The position numbers and the translations under genes were made by a program. Shown here one piece after another: positions 10,341-20,102 of a DNA stretch of 64,000 nucleotides. Source of the DNA: an uncultured virus (IMG/VR IMGVR_UViG_3300035495_000309) (lineage: Duplodnaviria > Heunggongvirae > Uroviricota > Caudoviricetes); the IMG/VR virus record IMGVR_UViG_3300035495_000309; one strand, 5' to 3'. Positions within the stretch are counted from its first letter, which is position 1, and each line of letters begins with the position of its first letter. The notes beneath the pieces are model-generated. The model was given only the letters and a program-made list of their open reading frames with translations, had not been told where the DNA came from and did not search any database.

Positions 10341-10598
10341 GAGTAGAAACCCTCTACTTGAAAGTGTGGTACTTCCAAGTATCTTTAGTTACAGGAAACT
10401 TTTTCCTTAAACAACCCCAAACATTGGCCGACTTCCCAGAGTCGGCCTCTTCTCCCCTCAATCTATTAAGAAACATAGAGTTAAGGCTGTATGTAAGCCT
10501 TATACTTCTGGATGGGGATCTTGTGATCCCAAAACGATTAGTTCCTCTCGGTAAGTCGAAAAAGAGGAGACGGGTACAATGACTCGTCTCCTCTTCTT
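10341..10598 (+). ncRNA. Candidate structured phage small RNA (about 260 nt, about 8 hairpins plus terminator)
   Basis: AACA-N6-TG motif at 10330-10341; stems at 10341-59, 10368-83, 10393-407, 10426-47, 10462-79, 10482-502, 10515-30, 10535-58; terminator 10562-98. Confidence 0.55.
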
Positions 10599-10614
10599 AC
10601 CTCTCATTTTGAAA

Positions 10615-11322
10615 TTATTTCCAAGTAAGTCCATTGATATCAAATCTGATTGGCAAATACTTGTTTACATAAGATTCATAAGTGTAAGCTGAATAGCTTG
10701 CATCTGCTGATCTATAAAACAGATCCAAAACTCCCGCTTCTTTTTCCACAACCTGCTTGATGTCAAGTTTTGCATAGTATTTCTTCTTTGACTTTGTCGG
10801 GTTCAAATTTGTATTTGTAACCATGATAGTTGACAAAGAAGAAACCAAGCTTAACCCTTCTACAGGTCCAAATGCATAACTAGTTCTTACCGGAACGTTA
10901 TCAGGGATCGAGAACGGAAGGTAGAACGTCTTTAAATACAAATCTCTTGTATCATCAAACGAAGCTTTCTGTCCATTCAAACGGATAATTCCCCAAACTT
11001 CCAGTTTTCCACTCCGGTATAAATCGTAATGCACTTCAGCATCCAAGAACGAAGAACCAATCTGCTCTAACGTGTCAGCATCTTCTGTTCCTGAATATCC
11101 TGAATATTTACAAGTAAAAATATAACTTGTTTTATCAATACCATCAATGCCTTCTGCTAATGTCCAACGCTCAGACATCATGGTGAGTTTTTCATCAGCC
11201 TGTACCGGTGTTGTATTGATGATGTCTGCACTATCGACAATTGGAAAGTAAGGCACCATCTTTACTTCACCAGTATCCGGATCTTCATATTTCGTTAATA
11301 TAAATCCATTAAATGCTTTCAT
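10615..11322 (-). CDS. Putative tail fibre/baseplate accessory protein
   Basis: DLYRSGKLEVWG resembles the Y.SG..E.WG motif of tail-fibre C-terminal domains; structural context. Confidence 0.5.
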   Translation of the reverse strand: MKAFNGFILTKYEDPDTGEVKMVPYFPIVDSADIINTTPVQADEKLTMMSERWTLAEGIDGIDKTSYIFTCKYSGYSGTEDADTLEQIGSSFLDAEVHYDLYRSGKLEVWGIIRLNGQKASFDDTRDLYLKTFYLPFSIPDNVPVRTSYAFGPVEGLSLVSSLSTIMVTNTNLNPTKSKKKYYAKLDIKQVVEKEAGVLDLFYRSADASYSAYTYESYVNKYLPIRFDINGLTWK

Positions 11323-11339
11323 TTTCGAATTTCTCCTTT

Positions 11340-12299
11340 CTAAGCACCAATGATTCGGATAATCTCAGAATATAAGGTGTTAATACCTCTAGTATTCTTG
11401 ATAAACTCCATCATTGCTGTTGAATTGATAAGGAATCCTCCCAAAAGTACATTTGCAATGCAGTAGTAAATATATGGGAAGGAATCGATTGCTAATGTCG
11501 CACCGGTGCCATAAGAAGCAACCCAACGCTCAAAGAAATACCGGAATTTCAAATCTCCCATCTTTGGGTTAGATTTTGCGGTGTAATTAACGTATTCATC
11601 AATCGTTCTCACCTTTGCTGCAGAATACATATTATCCGCAAGGGAAATCGTTGTTTCACTCGGATTATTGCAAAGAGCAACGGAATATGCATGTACAAGG
11701 TCCGGATTAGTAAGACCTAAGATTCTCTCATAGAAGAATCTTGCAGATGTGTAATTTGCTGTATCAAACGCATCTTTATCAAGCGATAATGCATACTCGC
11801 GGTTTAATATCCGAAGAATCATTTGAGAATAGATATTTGCCATTGCTTTTATAAAGGAAGCATTCTTCGTAAAGTACAATGGCTTTGTAAAGTACAAAGA
11901 AGCAACATACGCAGATTCCATAAGCGTATAGAGCTTCTTCATTTCAATCGTAAGCTGCATGTCATCTCCCTTTGACATTCCGGAGAATTCATTAATAAAG
12001 ATACATGCTGTTGTTTGACCACCAATGGTAAGTACTACAAAGGGAAGAGCCACTGTAACATGGTCTCTCTTATTGTAGATTAATCGTATCTTCCCCTCAT
12101 CAAATGCTCTTAATACATAATTTGCAAGGGGAGATATATTCGTTTTGGTGATCAATAAGTACTGGGCTTCAAAATAACTTTTATCAAGGGCAACGCCATT
12201 TTTGATTGCCTTTTGAATTTTCGCCATTAATGACGCAGATTTATTCAAATTCTGAAACATCGTAGAATCAGAAAGACTGGCTTCTGTATAATAACCCAC
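11340..12299 (-). CDS. Hypothetical, probable virion protein
   Basis: 319 aa, SD gaggtg, ACA-N6-TAA at 12334-12345. Confidence 0.7.
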   Translation of the reverse strand: MGYYTEASLSDSTMFQNLNKSASLMAKIQKAIKNGVALDKSYFEAQYLLITKTNISPLANYVLRAFDEGKIRLIYNKRDHVTVALPFVVLTIGGQTTACIFINEFSGMSKGDDMQLTIEMKKLYTLMESAYVASLYFTKPLYFTKNASFIKAMANIYSQMILRILNREYALSLDKDAFDTANYTSARFFYERILGLTNPDLVHAYSVALCNNPSETTISLADNMYSAAKVRTIDEYVNYTAKSNPKMGDLKFRYFFERWVASYGTGATLAIDSFPYIYYCIANVLLGGFLINSTAMMEFIKNTRGINTLYSEIIRIIGA

Positions 12300-12412
12300 T
12301 CTTATTCACCTCATTTCATAGTTTACTTTCTACTTAAGTCAATGTTTTTTGCTGCTAAAATGCTTAAAAAACATAGATATAAGCAGAATTAGAAAGGATG
12401 TGAACATGTAAT

Positions 12413-15400
12413 ATGGCTTCAAAATCCAGTAAAGAATTTCTACAGGCTGCTCTTACTAATGGTACGTTTGATAGTGAGGCATTAGAAAAAGCCCTTCGTA
12501 TGACTGTTGATAATTCGTACTCGTATCTGTATCGTTTACAGAGAAGCACAATTGTCTACGAAGAGTTCTTTTATACCACAAGAAATGTCACGTCCCAACC
12601 AGATTTCGGAGATTTATATCTGGACAAACAAGAGCGCGTGTGTGCAAATATTCCTGCCGAACTCGTGACTGTAAGTTCTCGTGAAAGATATCGAACCTCG
12701 GATTATTATAAAGAAGAGATTGGTATTTCTGATATTACAGGAAATCATAGGATCTTCTCAAAACTTCCGGTTATCATAATGGATGATCATATCTTACGGG
12801 ATTGCAAAATTATGATCTACGATGATTACTTCCGCATCATTTTCCCATTCAAGCGGGATTTCTTATATGAAAAGAATTTCGATGATACTGGAAATAATTA
12901 TACGTATATTGAGCACAAGTTTTCTGTGCAGATTATCAATAATACGATGTATGCAGACCTGATAACAAATTCAGGAATGCTTATGAGAAACTCGGAAGAT
13001 GGGGCTTCTTATGGTCGTATTTTAGGGACTTATTTGACTGCAAGCAAAGTGGATTTATCCAATAACTATACAGGTTCCATGTTTGCAGTTGTTTATTGCG
13101 GTGACTCCAAGTATGGAAGTATGCCACAGGATGTCTCCATTGGAGAAAATGGAGATGTTTACATCGAGTATGATAAAGAGACTCGCGAAGCACTTATGAA
13201 TTATACCGGATCTTTAACGATCCGATTTCTTTTTTATCGTTATCTTTATCCGAAGTATGGATATAGAAAAGAGGAAGGAGATTATGAATCTGGATACATC
13301 CAGAGTCGTACTTCACCAAGTGATGAGGTCATGTCTGATCTTTTCATGATAACAGATAAAGATGAAAAACTTTATGGAATGCCAGTTCCAACAGAAAATA
13401 TGATTCTTTATCGGAATCGTGGAGATGGTTTTACCCATATTGAAAATTCTCATATTCAGGTAAATTACCCGAATATTTACAGAATCAATCAGGATGTAGA
13501 AGAGAATGATACGTATCGTGTTTATTACTTTTATATTCCGCCTTATGACTTGTCTTACAAGTATATGTATGAGTTCTATTACTCCTATTTGAAGTATAAA
13601 TATCCAGACTATTCTCTGGAGAAAATCTTCAATATGCTGTATTTCGAAGATTATGATCTTGAGAATGATTCTATGTTATCAGAAGTTCCGGAAGCAGAGG
13701 TTATTATTCCGGAAGAGTTTGAAGACCCTGAGGAATCAAGGCTTGGTCTTTTCTATGAGTGGGCATCAGAACCGGAAAATCGTGGAAAGACAAAAGAACA
13801 GCTGAAAGCAGAATTTGATGAAACTCATCAGTATGATAAGACAGTCAATGAAATGACAGAGGAAGAAAAGGCTGCTTACTTGGAAGAGCAAAGACCAATT
13901 CGTCTTGCAGACTTCAAGAAAGTCTTTGATTTCATTGTAAATCATCCTATTGTAAATTACTTCTATGATGAAATTGATTATACGAAGAATTACATGGGAA
14001 AGGTTCCTCCTCTGGAATACAAGACAAGAAAATTAGAAGAGTTCATCGGAGATAACTTCAATGCTCTTCATGATTATGAATTAGCAAAACGACAGGTAAC
14101 AAACAAGTATGATTTCTCTGCAGAAGAAGCAGACTTACCAAATCGTTACACAGAGGTTAGTGTTAGTACAGGTAAGACGCTCATTGAGCCTTGCTATGTA
14201 TTTAGCATTTCAAAACCCGATCCGGATAATACACTGACAGCTCGTATCTTCGTAGATGGTTTGTTTATTTCAAACTTCATTTATGAAAGAAGTGAGTATT
14301 GTGATAACTTATATGTGCCTGTTGACCAGGTTCCGGATGATGTAACGTATTTTGAGATTGAGGTATTTCCGACCTTAAATCAGTATGAAGTTGTTACCTT
14401 TACAGCTGAGAATCCGAGCGTTGTGATTACCTTCGATTTGACAGATGAGATACAGGCAACACTTTCTGATTTATACTTCTTCTTTGGAACTGAGGAATGC
14501 CTGGATCGTATCTCTGTTGATAACTTCCGTTTAGAAGTAGTCTCTGATGATTACAATGCTTATGAAGTTCCAGTAGAACTGATTACAGTTTACAAGTTAT
14601 CATCTGGAGCTTATTATAACGAAGATGGTCAGTACTTCAACTATGAAGGACAGAACTTATCAGAAAAAGATATCACAAAGGAAGAGCTTCAGGAAAAGAT
14701 TGCTGCCGGTACTGTAACAGAGGGCGAAGTAAAGAAAACGACAAATCTCTTTGAAATCAACCGTGATGAAGATTACATTACCTTCAACCGTGTTGTTACA
14801 CAGGGTGAATCAATCATCAATCGTGATAATACTGGAGTAAACTTTACTATTCTTAACAAGCTTAAGATTACAGCAATTTCAGCAGATGTTATGGATAAAG
14901 AGCTTACGATTGCAATTGCAAAGAATCCATACTTCTTTACAAAGACAGCACAGGCAACCTGTTATCCAATATTCAACGTACACAGTGAGAACTTAGAGCC
15001 AATCGCTGAGTATACGAGAGTATTCTACGATGGAAGACTTCGTTCTCGTAACCGTTATGACTTTAGAAAGTTCAACGGTATTTTACAAGTACGTGCACTT
15101 GAGACATTGGAAAGACGTTCTACGATGTCTGTTGATATTACACCATATCGAAATCGTCTGATCTACTATGTAGAGCAGCTCGATTCGGATTACGTGGATT
15201 TACGTGGTATCATTGATAAGCCATATGATAACCGCTATTATGAAATCTACTTAAACGGTCGTCGTTTGAATTGCTTTAATATCTTCCCGATCTCTCCATG
15301 GGAGATTAAACTTGCTGGTATTCATTCTTACTATAACTTGGAGATTTATCAGCGCGATACAGATTGGGAATACTTTGATATTTCCTTTGATGATTATTAT

Positions 15401-15817
15401 ACGATTTCGGATCTTGCAAGAGAAAGTTTCGTAGAAAGAAAGTATAAAAATCTCATCATTCATGATGTGACAGGTGATACAGCAGCAAACGAGAATACCG
15501 AGGAGAAAGAACCTTGGTCTCGTGAAGATGATACTTACACGATCATGATGTCTATGTTCATGTATGAGAGAGTTACCGAACTTGGTCTCTTAGATCCTAG
15601 TATTTTGCAGTTTAACCAGGAAGATATTCTGACAAATTACGAAATCATCGATACTTTATACAAGGTACAAAATGATAAAGGCGAAGACGTTTATTTGTTA
15701 AATCCAGATAATTACTATAAACCGGAGAATCCGGATGGAGAGGAACGCTGGAGAGTGTTCTTATTAGGTAACCGCGATCCGGAAGAATTTAAAGAAGGTG
15801 GTGATGATAATGGCTAA
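12413..15817 (+). CDS. Large virion structural (baseplate/tail-associated) protein
   Basis: 1134 aa, acidic and Tyr-rich, repeated IFVDG/VFYDGRL/IYLNGRRL beta motifs; ACA-N6-TAA at 12371-12382. Confidence 0.6.
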   Translation: MASKSSKEFLQAALTNGTFDSEALEKALRMTVDNSYSYLYRLQRSTIVYEEFFYTTRNVTSQPDFGDLYLDKQERVCANIPAELVTVSSRERYRTSDYYKEEIGISDITGNHRIFSKLPVIIMDDHILRDCKIMIYDDYFRIIFPFKRDFLYEKNFDDTGNNYTYIEHKFSVQIINNTMYADLITNSGMLMRNSEDGASYGRILGTYLTASKVDLSNNYTGSMFAVVYCGDSKYGSMPQDVSIGENGDVYIEYDKETREALMNYTGSLTIRFLFYRYLYPKYGYRKEEGDYESGYIQSRTSPSDEVMSDLFMITDKDEKLYGMPVPTENMILYRNRGDGFTHIENSHIQVNYPNIYRINQDVEENDTYRVYYFYIPPYDLSYKYMYEFYYSYLKYKYPDYSLEKIFNMLYFEDYDLENDSMLSEVPEAEVIIPEEFEDPEESRLGLFYEWASEPENRGKTKEQLKAEFDETHQYDKTVNEMTEEEKAAYLEEQRPIRLADFKKVFDFIVNHPIVNYFYDEIDYTKNYMGKVPPLEYKTRKLEEFIGDNFNALHDYELAKRQVTNKYDFSAEEADLPNRYTEVSVSTGKTLIEPCYVFSISKPDPDNTLTARIFVDGLFISNFIYERSEYCDNLYVPVDQVPDDVTYFEIEVFPTLNQYEVVTFTAENPSVVITFDLTDEIQATLSDLYFFFGTEECLDRISVDNFRLEVVSDDYNAYEVPVELITVYKLSSGAYYNEDGQYFNYEGQNLSEKDITKEELQEKIAAGTVTEGEVKKTTNLFEINRDEDYITFNRVVTQGESIINRDNTGVNFTILNKLKITAISADVMDKELTIAIAKNPYFFTKTAQATCYPIFNVHSENLEPIAEYTRVFYDGRLRSRNRYDFRKFNGILQVRALETLERRSTMSVDITPYRNRLIYYVEQLDSDYVDLRGIIDKPYDNRYYEIYLNGRRLNCFNIFPISPWEIKLAGIHSYYNLEIYQRDTDWEYFDISFDDYYTISDLARESFVERKYKNLIIHDVTGDTAANENTEEKEPWSREDDTYTIMMSMFMYERVTELGLLDPSILQFNQEDILTNYEIIDTLYKVQNDKGEDVYLLNPDNYYKPENPDGEERWRVFLLGNRDPEEFKEGGDDNG

Positions 15818-17054
15818 TAGTACAAGAACGGCAACTGAGTCCATGACACCGAATACCAGATTTGGAGCTACTTTCCTGGATGTCTTATATCAGGAACATG
15901 CTGTAAAAGATGAAGTTATGCTTGACAAGCAGGCAGGTGACTTAGTCTATAAGCGAAGAGAAGACGGACGAATCATGTGGTATAGTCAGGAAAATCTTCC
16001 TGTTTATGAGCTCATGAGTCAGTTTCGTTCTCGTTCGGATGCATATGAAAATTATGTAAGACCGAATGAAGAAAATGAAGTCTATAATGATACGTACTTT
16101 ATGACCTGTTTAATGGACGTAAAGGATTGGAATTTCAAGAAACGAAGTGATGGTAAAACTCCATCAATTCTTTCTGGAGATAAATTAATGAATCTGTATC
16201 CGGAAGCCTTTAGTGTTTCTCAGGAAGGAAATGGATTCTATATCCAGTTAAATGCAGCTCCTAAGGATTTAGGATTGATCCAGTTCTTAAATGCGAGATA
16301 CAATCTTGCATATAAAGATTACTCTGGAACAGATGCTGACAAGCTGGCAAAGAAAGCGCTCTATAACAAGTTTAACTATGCAGAAGGGCAGTTCATCGTG
16401 AACTTTACGGTTACATGGTACGACTTAAATGGTGATGAGCGTGAAAGTGAAACAACAGACGGCTATGTTTGTGCAAATGAAATTTGCTTCGTGCCGTTTG
16501 AAAGATCAGAGATTTATTCTCGTCTGGTAGTTGGAAGTACAAAGCTTCAGATCAACTATATTACTGCACCAAAGTTAGCAGAAGGATTAACGCTCTGCAC
16601 TTCGGATGCTGATATGACGATGTTAAATGCTGTAAAAGATACTTATGATATTTCGTTTATGACGATGTCTATGTCATTCTTCTTTACAGCAACAGACCAG
16701 GATTTGTATTTACCTAACTGGGTAAATCATACCGAAGTAATCCTTTTGATGGGATTACAGGAATACGAAGAAGCCTTAGATCGTGCTGCTGGTTCTGGAA
16801 GTGGTGGAGGAATTGTTGTATCCTCTGAAGAGCCAACTGCAAGAGACTGGAAGAGCACGAAACTCTGGATTGAATTAATGCGTAAATACGATCCGGAGCA
16901 GGGAGGGCAGTATCTTGGTTCTCCTACTACAATGGAGACCTTGGAAGATGAGATGCGTGGTATTGACCATATTTATGCAAACTTCTCACTGAATCGTGAT
17001 TCAACAGATGACTTCTATGTTGAGAAGACTGGAACTTATACTGTAGGGAGGTAA
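15810..17054 (+). CDS. Putative virion structural protein
   Basis: Overlaps the upstream stop; GGGIVVSSEEP...LW motif. Confidence 0.6.
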   Translation: MANSTRTATESMTPNTRFGATFLDVLYQEHAVKDEVMLDKQAGDLVYKRREDGRIMWYSQENLPVYELMSQFRSRSDAYENYVRPNEENEVYNDTYFMTCLMDVKDWNFKKRSDGKTPSILSGDKLMNLYPEAFSVSQEGNGFYIQLNAAPKDLGLIQFLNARYNLAYKDYSGTDADKLAKKALYNKFNYAEGQFIVNFTVTWYDLNGDERESETTDGYVCANEICFVPFERSEIYSRLVVGSTKLQINYITAPKLAEGLTLCTSDADMTMLNAVKDTYDISFMTMSMSFFFTATDQDLYLPNWVNHTEVILLMGLQEYEEALDRAAGSGSGGGIVVSSEEPTARDWKSTKLWIELMRKYDPEQGGQYLGSPTTMETLEDEMRGIDHIYANFSLNRDSTDDFYVEKTGTYTVGR

Positions 17055-17058
17055 CTAA

Positions 17059-17229
17059 ATGGCAATCTTTAAGCATACAAAAGCGTATGAAGTAGAAAAC
17101 GTCAAGGTTTGCGAAAAAGAAAAAACGACTGGTGTAAATCCGGAGTATTTCATCGCAGAGAAAACCGGAAAGGAACCAAGAACGATGAAGGTTCCGAGTG
17201 GCGTTACAAAAGTTTATATTAATAACTAA
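17059..17229 (+). CDS. Small hypothetical protein (56 aa, MAIFKHTKAYEV...)
   Basis: Below the track cut-off; SD gggaggt, fills the operon gap. Confidence 0.7.
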   Translation: MAIFKHTKAYEVENVKVCEKEKTTGVNPEYFIAEKTGKEPRTMKVPSGVTKVYINN

Positions 17230-17243
17230 AGGAGGGATGAGAT

Positions 17244-17489
17244 ATGGCACAGGTATTACCAATTGGTGGATACTATGACACCCCTCTTTGGGGAACAATG
17301 ACAAATGCTGATGGTGAGAAAGTTCGTGTATTATCGTTTCCAATTACACGATACGACAACGTGTTAGGAAGACCGAAGATGCTCACCAATATGGAAACAG
17401 CAGTGCCTTCTGACTTTGCTTTTCTGAAAGTTGGGGAACGTGAAGTCCCTGATGATGTAATTTTCCAGAAAGCAGATCAAACTTGGTAG
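17244..17489 (+). CDS. Small tail-associated hypothetical protein
   Basis: SD aaggaggg; FPITRYDNV motif. Confidence 0.65.
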   Translation: MAQVLPIGGYYDTPLWGTMTNADGEKVRVLSFPITRYDNVLGRPKMLTNMETAVPSDFAFLKVGEREVPDDVIFQKADQTW

Positions 17490-17505
17490 AAAGAGGTGAT
17501 AAGAT

Positions 17506-17748
17506 ATGACAGAAGTTGTTGAAGGATCCAGATTATATTTTCCACCGGAAGACCCGGTGAATGCTCCTGATGATCGTAAGGTAATGCATCCGGAGACTGA
17601 TGCTAGTCAGGTTCTCATGGCAGATGGCTCGACCTTGGAGGAATCATTAGGCGGTGGTGGTATCGTCGTAAGCGATACAAAACCGGAAACTGCTTGTATC
17701 TGGGCAAAAGTAACCGAGAAAGTCACAGTAGATAGTGACGATGACTAA
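17506..17748 (+). CDS. Small tail-fibre-associated protein
   Basis: HPETDASQVLMADGSTLEE and GGGIVVSDTKP...IW motifs; terminator hairpin at about 17755-17785. Confidence 0.65.
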   Translation: MTEVVEGSRLYFPPEDPVNAPDDRKVMHPETDASQVLMADGSTLEESLGGGGIVVSDTKPETACIWAKVTEKVTVDSDDD

Positions 17749-17807
17749 TAAAGATAGGGACTATTCGAAAGGATGGTCCCTTTTCTTAAAGAAAGGATGA
17801 TAAAAAA

Positions 17808-18383
17808 ATGAGACAGACATTATATGTGAATCCTTCCGATGAAGTGTTTACAGAAGGATTTCTTGAAAAACATGCAGAAAAGAAAGAGCGGAAGATTGTC
17901 GCAAAAGAGATTCAGACTTGTATGTCGAGAATCTTCTCAGAGATGTGGAAGTTGTTTCCAAGAACAGCAACCGTCTTTCAGACTGCGATCACCTTAAAGA
18001 AAGGAAAGTGGATTCCGGAATTTGCCATTTATATGACAAAAGATCCGAATCACGAGAAGCCGAAGAAAGAGTCTGAATTTTCAAAGTGCTTCAATATCTC
18101 AAAACAGCAGATGGATAGATTGAAGGACGTGATTGATCGGTCTATTGAATATCTCAGAAATCACAGTGCATTTGACAAGTATGATATTGACACCTTACTG
18201 GTTACCGTTTACTTTGACGGTTCCGGTTGGTATCGTTTCTGCAGAAAGTCTTCAGCAACAGCAAATCGTTTCAAATCTGAGATGATTGCTGGTCTGAGTG
18301 AAATTAAAGGAGCTCCGGCAGCGGCAGATATTAAACCCGCGCTTGCAGATGATACATTCGATGATTTGGATGCGTTAATCTAA
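17808..18383 (+). CDS. Hypothetical protein
   Basis: 191 aa, SD aaagga. Confidence 0.7.
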   Translation: MRQTLYVNPSDEVFTEGFLEKHAEKKERKIVAKEIQTCMSRIFSEMWKLFPRTATVFQTAITLKKGKWIPEFAIYMTKDPNHEKPKKESEFSKCFNISKQQMDRLKDVIDRSIEYLRNHSAFDKYDIDTLLVTVYFDGSGWYRFCRKSSATANRFKSEMIAGLSEIKGAPAAADIKPALADDTFDDLDALI

Positions 18384-18396
18384 AGAGGTGAAAAAT

Positions 18397-18864
18397 ATGA
18401 AAAAGAAGCTCAATATGAAGAATCTGTTTAAGATGCTCGTATTATTTTTATATGGAGGTTGTGCTTATGTTTTGGTAGAACTCATTTACCGTGGGTATTC
18501 ACACCCTTCCATGTTTTTAGTTGGTGGAATTTGTTTTGTGGGAATTGGTGAGATCAATGAGTTTTATCCATGGGATATGCCACTGATTAGCCAGATGTTT
18601 ATCTCTTCAGTTTTTGTAACTGCAATAGAATTTATATCTGGTTGTATCTTAAATCTCTGGTTAAAACTTGGAGTTTGGGATTATAGCCAGATGCCATATA
18701 ACTTATGTGGACAAATATGCTTGTTATTCTCGATTTGGTGGTTCTTCCTATCTTTCATTGGAATTTTCCTTGATGATTACATACGTTGGAAAGTCTTTGA
18801 TGAGGAAAAACCAAGATATCACATTTTCTACTCACATTGTGAAGATAAGCATACCGAGGAATAA
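18397..18864 (+). CDS. Membrane protein, CmpB-like putative ABC permease (DUF1113-type)
   Basis: GG..Y...E...RG.SH.SMF..GG, EF..G...N......WDYS..P.N..GQIC; four hydrophobic helices. Confidence 0.75.
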   Translation: MKKKLNMKNLFKMLVLFLYGGCAYVLVELIYRGYSHPSMFLVGGICFVGIGEINEFYPWDMPLISQMFISSVFVTAIEFISGCILNLWLKLGVWDYSQMPYNLCGQICLLFSIWWFFLSFIGIFLDDYIRWKVFDEEKPRYHIFYSHCEDKHTEE

Positions 18865-18880
18865 AAAAATGGAGAAGGGA

Positions 18881-19462
18881 TTATTTCCCTTCTCCATCTT
18901 CTTTCGCAATTGTAATAATTGGACCAATGGAATGCACGATACTGTAAAGTCCATTGAATGAAATAACAGATGATATTGGAGCAGCTGATGGTTTATGATC
19001 TACACGAGCATATGGTTCCAATAAATAATAGAGTTTCTTCGCTTCGTCTCTATCTCTTGCATTTTGAATGATAAATGAAGCAATAGCAAAGAACGTATCA
19101 TGATCCATATCAGGTTTGATAATAACGACCATTGCTTCAATCACTACATAAATTTCATTTTGAATATGAAACGTGGTTTTCTTCTCTTCAGTATAATACC
19201 AAGCCAAAAGATAAATAAGCGGTGTTATATTATGATTGTAATCAATGGAATCATTACAAATATGCAAATGTACCAACTTCTCATAAAGCTTAATAATTTC
19301 ATACGCTTTCTCAGATGATTTGCGAACCTCTTCTTTTCGTAATTCATGTAAACCATCATCAAGATTTTTCCATACTTCAAATTGTGAGATAAATGCAAAG
19401 CAACTCTGTAGTGTCTCAATATTGACTCTTAGTTTACCAATCATCCCAAGTTCTTCATTCAT
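18881..19462 (-). CDS. Hypothetical helical protein
   Basis: 193 aa, SD aggagg. Confidence 0.7.
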   Translation of the reverse strand: MNEELGMIGKLRVNIETLQSCFAFISQFEVWKNLDDGLHELRKEEVRKSSEKAYEIIKLYEKLVHLHICNDSIDYNHNITPLIYLLAWYYTEEKKTTFHIQNEIYVVIEAMVVIIKPDMDHDTFFAIASFIIQNARDRDEAKKLYYLLEPYARVDHKPSAAPISSVISFNGLYSIVHSIGPIITIAKEDGEGK

Positions 19463-20102
19463 GATTTTCTCCTCCTAATTTAGATAATTTAATTAAAGCA
19501 TAAATACATATTGACCCAATTGAATTTCCTAAAATAACCAGAAATAATTTTATACAAACCTCAGCCATTGGTATTTCTGAGGTCGTGATTAATGCATATG
19601 GAATATCAGCAATACAATGCTCAAATCCAGATAAAATAAATGTCATGATACAGAATACTGTAATGATGGTCTCTTTTGCATAGACTGCAACCATCATGAG
19701 TATTCCACAAAGAATCCCAGCTACAAACATGGTATCATAACATTTTGAAAATTTTGTATCAGCAATCTCTTCCATGGCTATTTGTGTAAGTTCATCCTGT
19801 GCAAAGTACCAGGATACAAAGGTTAAAAATATTCCAATGTAATTACCAAGAAAAATAAAGATATAATCTTCAACACGATGTCTTTTATCAAGTACATATC
19901 CAATTCTTCCTGTATATAACTGAAATCCACATTTGATAATGGTAAGTAGAGCTAAGCTAAATAGCATTGCTCCAATATACTTATTTTCAATAACAGTATT
20001 TGCAATTACTCCAATACCAATTAAACATCCAGAAATCACACTACTAGCATTAACTTTTTCTGGATATGGATCGTTTAATGATTCAAATTTCTTTGTAATC
20101 AA
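19455..20102 (-). CDS. Formate/nitrite transporter (FNT) family protein
   Basis: LYTG, GNYIG, AGILCG.LM..AV, FILSGFEHCIAD, GNSIG signature motifs. Confidence 0.85.
   Translation of the reverse strand: MITKKFESLNDPYPEKVNASSVISGCLIGIGVIANTVIENKYIGAMLFSLALLTIIKCGFQLYTGRIGYVLDKRHRVEDYIFIFLGNYIGIFLTFVSWYFAQDELTQIAMEEIADTKFSKCYDTMFVAGILCGILMMVAVYAKETIITVFCIMTFILSGFEHCIADIPYALITTSEIPMAEVCIKLFLVILGNSIGSICIYALIKLSKLGGENHE

Noticed and set aside
10358..10582. 74-aa ORF in the hairpin-rich interval
   Set aside because: TTG start without SD, runs into the terminator stem; the stem density is better explained as RNA structure.
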